The notes under the pieces: generated by a model
The model's database searches: none
Told to the model about the DNA's origin: nothing
The model's input: only the letters and a program-made list of their open reading frames with translations
Assembly (NCBI GenBank): GCA_035636455.1
Contig: DASPZC010000205.1
Location: 1-26,197 of the forward strand
Direction: 5' to 3'
DNA: 26,197 bases
Source of the DNA: Xanthobacteraceae bacterium
Lineage (GTDB): Bacteria > Pseudomonadota > Alphaproteobacteria > Rhizobiales > Xanthobacteraceae
Translations under genes and position numbers: made by a program
Shown here: one piece after another, positions 1 through 7,824 of the stretch
How positions within the stretch are numbered: position 1 is the stretch's first letter
Layout: each line of letters begins with the position of its first letter

Positions 1-1518
1 CTTGGCGATGCGCGGGCCGACGCCCATCAGGGCACGCAGGTCCATGATCGGCGCGAACATCACCCGGTCGATGGTGAGCCGCTGGATCTTGTACAGCAGC
101 GCCTCGCGCTGCTTGGGGTCGCGCTCGCCCGCCTGCCGCTCGAACAGCTCGTCGATGTCCGGATAGCCGCCATAGGCATAGGCGCCCTTGGACCGCATGA
201 ACTCCTCGACGCGGCTGGCGGCGTTGCCGGAATTCCCCACTGCGGTCATGAACAGCGGGCGCAGCTTCTTCTCCTGCCAAGCGGCGTAGAACGCCGCGCG
301 CTCCATCTGGCGCAGCCGGACGCGGATGCCGACCGCGTTCAGATCGTTCACCACCGCCTCGGCCACGGTCGGAAAGCCGGGGATCGCGGCGAATTCCCCG
401 GCGTCGAACCCGCGCGGATATCCGGCGGCGGCGAGGAGCTGCTTCGCCTTCGGAGGATCGTAGGGCGGCGCCTTGACCTGCAGCGCGAAGTCCATGACGC
501 GGGGAACGATCACGCCGGCGGGCGGGCAGAAGCCGAGGCACGCCGCCTCGTTGATCCGCTCGCGGTCGAGCGCCAGGTTCACCGCCTGCCGCAACCGCTC
601 GTCGTGCCAGGGCGACTTGGGATCCCACTGCTCGGGGAATTCGATCCAGAACATCGACGCATGTTTCGAGGCGACCACCTGCATGCCCGGGCTGTTCCGG
701 ATCGCGTCGGCGTCGGGACCGTCGAGGACGTAGGAAATATCAGCCTCGCCGGTCTTGAGCATGACGGCGCGCGTGGTTGCTTCGGGGACGCTCTTCATCA
801 CCAGGGTCTTCACGCTCGGCACGCGGCGCCAGTAGCCGGTGAAGGCCTCGAGCTCGACTTCTATGCCCGGCTTCTGGCTGACAAATTTGTAGGGGCCGGC
901 GCCGATCGGATGCTTCTTGAAGCCGTCGTCTCCGACTTGCGTGAGGTACTTCTTGGGCACGACGAGGCCGGAGGCGCTGGCGGTCGTGCCGTAGAACATC
1001 ATGAAGTCGGGCCACGGCGCGGTGAGATGAAAGCGCACGACCAGAGGATCGACGATCTCCACCTGCGCGACGTGGTCGTGCAGGACCTTCGCCGCCGCGC
1101 CCCGGTAACGCTCGAAGCTGAACTTCACGTCTTCCGTGGTCACGGGATCGCCGTTGTGGAAGGTCAATCCCGGCCGCAGCTTGAATTCGTAGGTCTTGCC
1201 GTCCTCGCTCTCCTCCCACGATTCCGCGAGGCTCGGGCCCATCTTGTGTCCGGGATACGGACGCACGAGCGCGTCGTGGACGGCGTAGAGCATGCCGAAC
1301 GGCGTGATCTGCGGCGGCGCGGTGGACGGATCGAACCAGCTCGGCGCAATGGTCACGTGCCACGCCATGACGGCCCGCCCCGCGGGCGCGCCGGCATTTG
1401 CGGGCGTCGCGCCGAGCGCGCCGAACACGCCGAGCAGCAAACAGGCGAACGTGAGACGCAGGCGCAGGGCCGTTCGCGTGGCGGCAACCCGCGGCGACGC
1501 CCGGTGGCTGAGGCGCAT
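1..1518 (-). CDS. ABC transporter solute-binding protein, family 5 (peptide/nickel/opine type); 3' end runs off the window
   Basis: I translated the minus frame by hand from ATG 1518 (GGAGG RBS upstream). It gives a signal-like N-terminus, then LAESWEESEDGKTYEFKLRPGLTFHNGDPVTTEDVKFSF, PIGAGPYKF and RLRQAVNLALDR, all typical SBP_bac_5 motifs. The frame is open to position 1. Confidence 0.9.
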   Translation of the reverse strand, partial: MRLSHRASPRVAATRTALRLRLTFACLLLGVFGALGATPANAGAPAGRAVMAWHVTIAPSWFDPSTAPPQITPFGMLYAVHDALVRPYPGHKMGPSLAESWEESEDGKTYEFKLRPGLTFHNGDPVTTEDVKFSFERYRGAAAKVLHDHVAQVEIVDPLVVRFHLTAPWPDFMMFYGTTASASGLVVPKKYLTQVGDDGFKKHPIGAGPYKFVSQKPGIEVELEAFTGYWRRVPSVKTLVMKSVPEATTRAVMLKTGEADISYVLDGPDADAIRNSPGMQVVASKHASMFWIEFPEQWDPKSPWHDERLRQAVNLALDRERINEAACLGFCPPAGVIVPRVMDFALQVKAPPYDPPKAKQLLAAAGYPRGFDAGEFAAIPGFPTVAEAVVNDLNAVGIRVRLRQMERAAFYAAWQEKKLRPLFMTAVGNSGNAASRVEEFMRSKGAYAYGGYPDIDELFERQAGERDPKQREALLYKIQRLTIDRVMFAPIMDLRALMGVGPRIAK

Positions 1519-1723
1519 CGTTTCCTCCCAGTCTCGATCGCGCCGACCGGCGGTCGACACGCGAGCATCCTCGCTGTTATCGCGGCTGCCCCGGGCGTCT
1601 CGGCACCCTGCGGCAGCGACCCACTGGATGGCCCATTTAAGCGCAAATCGCCCGGCCCTTGCAATTTCATTCCGGTCGAAGCGAAGATCGATCGGCCGCG
1701 TGGGCCGCCGTCGGGAGCCTCGC

Positions 1724-2740
1724 ATGAAACTCGGCATTTTCCTCAACTCGCAGCACCCGGAGCGCGACGATCCGGCGCGCCGGCTCGCCGAGACATTGGA
1801 GCAGGCGCGGCTGATCCGCTCGCTCGGCTTCGATTCGATCTGGACGGGCGAGCATCACCTCACGCCGGGCTTCCATTACTACCCGCAGTTCCCGCTCTTG
1901 CAGCGCGTCGCGATCGAGGCCGAGGGCCTTGCGATCGGCACCAACCTGGTCCTGCTGCCGCTGCACAACCCGGTGGAGATCGCCGAGGTCGGCGCCTTCC
2001 TCGACCTCCTGACCGGCGGAAAATTTTTGCTCGGGGTCGGCCTCGGCTATCGGGCGGAAGAGTTCGCCGCTTTTCGCGTGCCCATGGCCGAGCGGGTGAG
2101 CCGGCTCACGGAGGGGATCGAGATCATCAAGCGCCTGTGGACCGAGGACCGCGTCACCCATAACGGACGCCACTGGCAATTTGCCGACGCGACGGTGCGG
2201 CCGGGCCCGCTGCAAAAGCGGCGCCCGCCGATCCTGATCGGCGCCCAGGTCGAGGCGGCGATCGCGCGGGCGGCCAAGATCGCCGACGGCTGGCTGGTGG
2301 TGCCGACCCCCAAGGCCGACGAGCTGCCGGCCCAGATGGCCCTGTTCAAGTCCACGCGCGCCGCGGCAAAACTGCCGCCGAGCGAGCACATCTGCCGGCT
2401 CTACGAGGTCGCCTGCGCGCCCGACGAGGACACGGCGTACCGCCGCGTGGCCCCGTATCTGCTGGAGAAGTATGCGGCCTATGCGTCGTGGGGTTTGGGC
2501 GGTGCCAGCTCCAACAAAAGCGGCACGCCGGAGGAACAGTTGCGGCGGCTCGCCGCCAACCGCTTCGCGGTCGGCACGCCGGCGCAGGTGATCGACGCTC
2601 TCGTCGCGCAGCATCGCGCCGGCGTCACCCACGTTTCCATGCGGGTGAGCTGGCCGGGCATGGGCCAGGACGACATCCTCGCCGGCATCGACCTCCTCGG
2701 CCGCGCGGTGCTGCCCGAGGTGCGGCGCAGAACGGCGTAG
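1724..2740 (+). CDS. LLM-class (luciferase-like) flavin-dependent oxidoreductase
   Basis: The true start is MKLGIFLNSQHP at ATG 1724 (GGGAG upstream), inside ORF 1292..2740. Motifs: GFDSIWTGEHH, LLPLHNPVEIAE, LGVGLGYRAEEF, PPILIG, ADGW. Confidence 0.9.
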   Translation: MKLGIFLNSQHPERDDPARRLAETLEQARLIRSLGFDSIWTGEHHLTPGFHYYPQFPLLQRVAIEAEGLAIGTNLVLLPLHNPVEIAEVGAFLDLLTGGKFLLGVGLGYRAEEFAAFRVPMAERVSRLTEGIEIIKRLWTEDRVTHNGRHWQFADATVRPGPLQKRRPPILIGAQVEAAIARAAKIADGWLVVPTPKADELPAQMALFKSTRAAAKLPPSEHICRLYEVACAPDEDTAYRRVAPYLLEKYAAYASWGLGGASSNKSGTPEEQLRRLAANRFAVGTPAQVIDALVAQHRAGVTHVSMRVSWPGMGQDDILAGIDLLGRAVLPEVRRRTA

Positions 2741-2815
2741 ATATGGATCGAGCAGGAGCCTGTCGAGGTTGCGGTGCTTGCGTCGCTCAATGCGGCATTT
2801 TTGCCGGGCCGCACG

Positions 2816-3901
2816 CTACGGGCAATTAGCGTAAGGCGGCGGGCCGTCGTTCGCCGAACGAACCTTCAAGGCGGTGCGATAGGTCTGCAAATCAATCTTG
2901 GTCTTGGTGTACCCCGGGTCGGTCTCCGCTGGCCGCCGATACAACGTCCAATCCGAATCTGTAAGCGTGGCGGTCGCACTTTGCACGCTCTTCCACGTTT
3001 GCTTCGAGACCGGGCTTGTGAACAGGGAAGGGTCGATGACCCTATCCTCAATTGCGAACAGGCTGGTCCGCACGCACAGGGTCGGCGCCACGTGCCAGAT
3101 CCATTCGACATAGCATTGCGGATTATTCCGCGTGTTGACGTGGAGGAAGCCGCTGATCCACACCTTCCTGGGGTGGGCGCCGGCTGCGATCATCAGGCGG
3201 CACATTTCATGCGCGCGCGCCCAGCAGCCGTTGTCAGGATAAAGAAAGGGAATGCATGGCACCGGCGCGCTTACCGGGTTGCAAGTCTGCGTCGCGACAA
3301 GATCGAACATGTCCTTGGCCTTTTTCGCCGACACGCAGCGGAAGCACAGCAACAGGCAACGCAGCCAATCGATCAGCCGCCACCACAGTCTTTCGGGGCC
3401 GGTACGCCGCGGTTCGGACGGTCCCGACGGAAGTTGCTCGGACGGGGCAGCATGAGGCCGCGCGTCGATGACCTCGTGCCTGTCGTCGGTGACCGCCACC
3501 CAGGAGCGCTTGGCTTGCGCATCGCGCAGGATCCCAAGGAACTCGCCGAAATACGGGTTCGCGCGTTTGAGCAGATGCCGCGCATGGGAATGCTCGAGCT
3601 CGACCGCGATGTCGTCGCCCTCGACAATGTTCAGCACCCGGCTCACCAAAGGAATGAGCAGGAGCCTGATCATGCGCGTGGTGCCATCGAACTCGATGTA
3701 GGCCGGCTGGCGCGCCGCGCGCAGCTCATCGAGAATGCCGGCATAATCTGCAGAACGTGAATCCGACGGATCAAGGCGCACGACCTGGTCGCGCGCGAAT
3801 TGGACCGAGATCGGGCCGGAGCGCAACAGCTCAGCGGCCAGCCGGTCAAGCGGCGGGCTCAATGCGACCACGTCCGCGACGAAAGTGTTGGGCTTCGGCA
3901 T
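2816..3901 (-). CDS. Protein-glutaminase (protein-glutamine glutaminase) family protein with a ~190-aa N-terminal extension
   Basis: The C-terminal half (TCNPVSAPVPCIPFLYPDNGCWARAH...WIWHVAP...RVIDPSLF) matches my recollection of the Chryseobacterium protein-glutaminase mature domain (SC...PCITFRYPVDGCYARAH...WSYHVA...IIDPSLF). The predicted triad is C226/H270/D290. No signal peptide is visible. Confidence 0.85.
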   Translation of the reverse strand: MPKPNTFVADVVALSPPLDRLAAELLRSGPISVQFARDQVVRLDPSDSRSADYAGILDELRAARQPAYIEFDGTTRMIRLLLIPLVSRVLNIVEGDDIAVELEHSHARHLLKRANPYFGEFLGILRDAQAKRSWVAVTDDRHEVIDARPHAAPSEQLPSGPSEPRRTGPERLWWRLIDWLRCLLLCFRCVSAKKAKDMFDLVATQTCNPVSAPVPCIPFLYPDNGCWARAHEMCRLMIAAGAHPRKVWISGFLHVNTRNNPQCYVEWIWHVAPTLCVRTSLFAIEDRVIDPSLFTSPVSKQTWKSVQSATATLTDSDWTLYRRPAETDPGYTKTKIDLQTYRTALKVRSANDGPPPYANCP

Positions 3902-3995
3902 GGTTCGCCCCCGAGGTCAGGCAAGGCAGGGCCGCGCAAGCGCGGCCCGTCCGCCGGTGCAACCACTCAGAGAACCAACAGTATAGCATCAACCG

Positions 3996-4010
3996 CTGTC
4001 GCGGCGACAG
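3996..4010. promoter_or_regulatory. Perfect 15-bp palindrome CTGTCGC-G-GCGACAG in the divergent intergenic region; candidate operator
   Basis: The inverted repeat is read directly from the sequence; the regulatory role is inferred from its position only. Confidence 0.45.
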
Positions 4011-4054
4011 TTGTCCCGAAGCGATTGTCCCGAAGCGATGTTGTCCCGAAGCGA
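4011..4054 (+). repeat. Three exact copies of the 14-mer TTGTCCCGAAGCGA
   Basis: Copies lie at 4011-4024, 4025-4038 and 4041-4054, with a TG spacer before the third. Confidence 0.95.
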
Positions 4055-4175
4055 TGCAGCGGTCCACTTGCGCGCAGCCGAGAACGCCTTGCTGCATTCG
4101 CCGCTTTGCAGTCGGCCCCTACGACACTAAAAGTGCAATTATGGATATTTAGACCGCAACGAAACGGAGGCCCGC

Positions 4176-5795
4176 ATGACCGACGCGTCGAACCGCCACG
4201 GCACCAGCCGCAGGTCGCTGCTCAAGCTCGGTGCGGCGCTGGGCGCCACGGCGCTGGTGCCGGCGCGCAGCGCGAGCGCCCAGACCCCGTCGGTGCGGCC
4301 CGACATCGCCTCGCCGGCGGGCACGCGCATGGCCGGCCTCTACGCCCAGGCGGTCCAGAAGATGCAGGACCCCGCCATCAACATCCCGCCGCAGCCGCAT
4401 AGCTGGACCTTCCAGTCCTATATCCACGGCGTCCCGAAGGATCCGTTCCATCCGGTGGAGAGCGACGGGCTGCGCCACGGCACGGCCGGGCTGAGCGCGC
4501 GCGTCGATCTGATCTACAGCAATCCCGCGCAAGGCACGCCGCAGGCCGCGTGGAAGAAGGCCGCGCTGGAATGCTGGGGCACCTGCCCGCACGGCAGCCC
4601 GTGGTTCGTGGCCTGGCACCGCTGGTACGTTTTCTATTTCGAGAAGATCGTTCGGCTGATGAGCGGGGCGAACGATTTCGTGCTGCCCTACTGGAACTAC
4701 GCGTCGGACCAGGGGCCGTCCCTGCAGCTGCCGGCTGCCTTCCAGGATTCGAACAGCGCGCTCTACGAAGACCTGCGCGGACTGGGCTTCGCCAATCCGG
4801 CGGGAACCGGCAACCAGAACGTTCCGATGAACATGGGCGGCTACATGCCGTACTCGCAGACCGACTACGGCCCGGCGCTGCAGGCCATGGACCTGTTCCC
4901 GTCCGATACCAACTTCGTCCTGCCGCCCGATCCGAGATATTACGCGTTCGGCCTCACCGGCCGTCTGGAAGTCCAACCGCATGACAACGTGCACGACAAC
5001 ATCGGCGGCATCATGTCGAACGTGCCGGTTGCGGCGGGCGACCCGATTTTCTTCGTGCATCACTGCCAGATCGACCGGCTGTGGGCGGCATGGCAGGCCG
5101 CGCCTGGCAGCGTCTACAATTGGGGCGCGACGCCGACCGAGCCGAGCCAGTTCACCTGGGAAGGCCGCAAGTTCATGTTCGTCGACGAGACCAACAAGCT
5201 GGTGATGGTCTCGACGGCCGGGCAGCTGAGCACGAAGGAGATGGGTTACGCATACGACTCGCTGCCGCCGCGGCCGGCGGGGCCCGTGGTGGCTGCGGCG
5301 CGCGGCGCGTCTCCGCCGGTGCAGCTCGCGGCGGCGCGGGGAAGCGGGCTGACCGTCGGCAGCGCCGGCGGGCGCCTGACCCTTTCGCCCGGGCCGCCGT
5401 CGGCGCGCGCCACCGGGCCGCGCGCCGCGCAGGAGCGCGCGACGCTCGTGCTCAGCAAGGTCAAGCTGATCAGCCGGCCGCCGGCGCCGCTGCACGTCTT
5501 TCTCAATCTGCCGGAAGGCACGGCCCCCGCCCTCGACAGCCCCTACCACGTCGGCGTGCTCAGCTTCTTCATGTGGGACAAGAGCGAGGGCGGCCCGATG
5601 ATCGATCTCGAGGGCGGTCACTCCATGTCCGGCGCGGACGAGTTCACCTTCGCGGTGGGCGAGATACTGGCCCGGCAGAAAGCGGAGAATCTGTGGAGCG
5701 GCGGCGCGGTCACGGTGACGGTGACCACGCTGGGCGCCGACAAGTCGAGCGGGCGCACCTACGTCACCATCGGCGAGATAGAATTGTTGCCGTAG
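4176..5795 (+). CDS. Tat-exported tyrosinase / polyphenol oxidase (type-3 copper) with a PPO-like C-terminal domain
   Basis: GGAGG RBS; SRRSLLK twin-arginine signal with an ASA-Q cleavage site. CuA ligands H84, H139 (in TCPHGS) and H148 (WFVAWHRWY). CuB ligands H269 and H273 (EVQPHDNVH) and H296 (DPIFFVHHCQIDRLW). LPYWNY motif, an MGYAYD tyrosine motif, and a C-terminal domain containing LHVFLNLP. Confidence 0.92.
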   Translation: MTDASNRHGTSRRSLLKLGAALGATALVPARSASAQTPSVRPDIASPAGTRMAGLYAQAVQKMQDPAINIPPQPHSWTFQSYIHGVPKDPFHPVESDGLRHGTAGLSARVDLIYSNPAQGTPQAAWKKAALECWGTCPHGSPWFVAWHRWYVFYFEKIVRLMSGANDFVLPYWNYASDQGPSLQLPAAFQDSNSALYEDLRGLGFANPAGTGNQNVPMNMGGYMPYSQTDYGPALQAMDLFPSDTNFVLPPDPRYYAFGLTGRLEVQPHDNVHDNIGGIMSNVPVAAGDPIFFVHHCQIDRLWAAWQAAPGSVYNWGATPTEPSQFTWEGRKFMFVDETNKLVMVSTAGQLSTKEMGYAYDSLPPRPAGPVVAAARGASPPVQLAAARGSGLTVGSAGGRLTLSPGPPSARATGPRAAQERATLVLSKVKLISRPPAPLHVFLNLPEGTAPALDSPYHVGVLSFFMWDKSEGGPMIDLEGGHSMSGADEFTFAVGEILARQKAENLWSGGAVTVTVTTLGADKSSGRTYVTIGEIELLP

Positions 5796-5811
5796 AGGCA
5801 ACGGCATCGGA

Positions 5812-5942
5812 CGTGCCCCGGATGCGATGCAGCACGCAGCGGAGCGGAGTGGTGCATCGCTGATCCGGGGTCCAGTTGCACGAAGATGTGGGTCCCGGGT
5901 CTGCGGCGCAGCACTGCGTGCTGCGCCGCGCCCGGGACGCGA
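5812..5942. repeat. Palindromic intergenic element, family A copy 1 (double hairpin)
   Basis: Hairpins CCCCGGAT-GCGATGCA...TGCATCGC-TG-ATCCGGGG and GTCCCGGG..GCGGCGCAGCAC...GTGCTGCGCCGC.CCCGGGAC; similar to 9914-10076 and 21104-21235. Confidence 0.85.
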
Positions 5943-6021
5943 CTTTCCGGGCCCTTGCCAATCCCTCGGCGCTCCTGTGAACATCAGGCACCTGCCCCCG
6001 CCCTTCCACAGGACATCGGCC

Positions 6022-7824
6022 TTGCCCGCGCCGCACGATCCGATCGTTTTCGAGCTGTTCAAGAACGCGGTGTTCTCCATCGCCGACGAGATGGCGCTGA
6101 CCGTGTTCCGCACGACCTATTCCGGCGTGCTCAAGGACAACATGGATTACTCGACAGGCTTCGCCGATGCGGACGGCAAGCTCGCCGCGCAGGGCCTCAC
6201 CCTGCCGGGGCATCTCGGCTCGGTGCCGACCGCGATGGAATCCATCATGCGCCACTTCCGCGGCGACATCTGGCCCGGGGACGTCTTCATCATGAACGAT
6301 CCGTTCGACGGCGGCATGCACCTGCCCGACATTTTCATCTTCAAACCGCTGTTCCATGGCAGCGACCGGCTCGCCTTCGCCTGCACGGTCTGCCATCACT
6401 CCGACGTGGGCGGCCGCGTTGCCGGATCGAACGCCTCGGACTCGACCGAGATCTACGCCGAGGGCCTGCGCATCGCGCCGATGAAGCTTTACGAGGCCGG
6501 CCGGCTCAACCAGACCATCATGACCTTCATCGAGCGCAACGTGCGCCTGCCCGTGCAGGTGTTCGGCGATCTGCGCGCGCAGCTTGCCGCCTGCCACATC
6601 GCCGAGCAGCGCTTCGCCGAAATCGTCGCCAAGTACGGCGCGCGGGAGACGACGGCGCTGCTGCGCGAGCTGATCGACTATGCCGAGCGGCTGACCCGCG
6701 CCGCGCTCGCCGAACTCCCCGACGGCGAATGGAGTTTTGAGGACTTCATCGACGACGACGGGATCGACTACGGCAAGCCGATCCGCCTCTTCGTCACCAT
6801 CCGCAAGCAAGGCGACCACATGGTGGTCGACTGGACCGGCACCAATCCGCAGGTCAAGGGCGCCATCAACAACACGCTCTCCTTCACCAAGGCCGCCTCC
6901 TATACCGGCGTGCGCTCGGTGCTGCCGCCGGGCATCCCCAACAACGAGGGCGTATTTCGCGCGATCGAGGTGATCTGCCCGCCCGGCACCGTGGGCAACG
7001 GCGTGCTGCCGGCGGCCTGCGCCGCGCGCGGCCTCACCGGTTTCCGCATGGTCGACTGCATGTTCGGCGCGCTCGCCATGATGCTGCCCGACAAGGTGAT
7101 GGCGGCGGGCGACGGCGGCAATACCGGGATCAGCATCGGGGGCTACGACAGAGGGCGGAAGCCGTTCGTCTACGTCGACTTCACCTGCGGCGCCTGGGGC
7201 GCGCGGCCGTGGGCCGACGGGCTCGACGGCAACTCGCACATGTTCGCCAACATGGCCTCGCACTCGATCGAGGTGACCGAGGCCGAGCATCCCATCGAGC
7301 TGACCGCCTACGAGTTCGTGCCCGACCGCGCGGGCGCCGGGAAATTCCGCGGCGGCGTGCCGTTCCGGCGCGACTATCGGTTCCGCGAGGAGGAAGCGGT
7401 GCTGCAGGTGCGCTCGGACCGGCGCGACCATCGGCCGTTCGGGCTCTACGGCGGCAGTCCCGGCGCGCCGTCGGAGAACTATTTGAACCCGGACGGCGAG
7501 AACCGCGTGCTGCCGTCGAAATTCACCATGACGATCCGGCGCGGCGACGTGTTTCGCCATGTGCTCGCCGGCGCCGGCGGGTGGGGCGATCCGCTCGAGC
7601 GCGATCCCGCCGCGGTGCTGCGCGACGTGCGCAACGAATTGCTGTCGCCCGACAAGGCCGCCGCCGACTACGGCGTCGTGATCGATACAGCAACCTGGCG
7701 GGTCGATGTCGCCGCGACTGACGCGCGCCGCGTCGCCATGCGCGCGCAACGCGGCTGGCGCGAAGCGCCCAAGGTGCAGCGGGACGATCCGGTTATGAGC
7801 GAGCGCGAGGCGGCGTCCGCGTGA
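6022..7824 (+). CDS. hyuB: Hydantoinase B / oxoprolinase family protein
   Basis: Motifs DPIVFELFKN, MDYSTG, GHLGS, NDPFDGGMHLPD, HHSDVGG, GAGKFRGG, AGAGGWGDPLER. The likely start is TTG 6022 (AGGA 8 nt upstream), with GTG 5977 as an alternative; the ORF-track start at 5827 lies inside a repeat. The symbol is family-level only. Confidence 0.85.
   Translation: MPAPHDPIVFELFKNAVFSIADEMALTVFRTTYSGVLKDNMDYSTGFADADGKLAAQGLTLPGHLGSVPTAMESIMRHFRGDIWPGDVFIMNDPFDGGMHLPDIFIFKPLFHGSDRLAFACTVCHHSDVGGRVAGSNASDSTEIYAEGLRIAPMKLYEAGRLNQTIMTFIERNVRLPVQVFGDLRAQLAACHIAEQRFAEIVAKYGARETTALLRELIDYAERLTRAALAELPDGEWSFEDFIDDDGIDYGKPIRLFVTIRKQGDHMVVDWTGTNPQVKGAINNTLSFTKAASYTGVRSVLPPGIPNNEGVFRAIEVICPPGTVGNGVLPAACAARGLTGFRMVDCMFGALAMMLPDKVMAAGDGGNTGISIGGYDRGRKPFVYVDFTCGAWGARPWADGLDGNSHMFANMASHSIEVTEAEHPIELTAYEFVPDRAGAGKFRGGVPFRRDYRFREEEAVLQVRSDRRDHRPFGLYGGSPGAPSENYLNPDGENRVLPSKFTMTIRRGDVFRHVLAGAGGWGDPLERDPAAVLRDVRNELLSPDKAAADYGVVIDTATWRVDVAATDARRVAMRAQRGWREAPKVQRDDPVMSEREAASA

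Noticed and set aside
4011-4054. Triple direct repeat as a mini CRISPR array or plasmid iteron set
   Set aside because: The units are only 14 bp with 0-2 nt spacers, and there are no cas or rep genes in the window.
3846-4097. 83-aa minus ORF with repeated IASGQ as a precursor peptide for the glutaminase/tyrosinase
   Set aside because: The peptide repeat is simply the DNA tandem repeat translated. The ORF has no clear RBS, overlaps the glutaminase start out of frame and has only one Tyr. It would be worth revisiting only if Ribo-seq shows translation.
2741-5811. Bounded mobile element or genomic island carrying the glutaminase and tyrosinase
   Set aside because: No integrase, transposase, tRNA target, terminal inverted repeats or flanking direct repeats were found; there is only a modest compositional dip.
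5827-6021. N-terminal extension of hydantoinase B (MQHAAERSG...)
   Set aside because: It starts inside repeat A1 with no RBS; family similarity begins at DPIVFEL, and TTG 6022 has an AGGA RBS.
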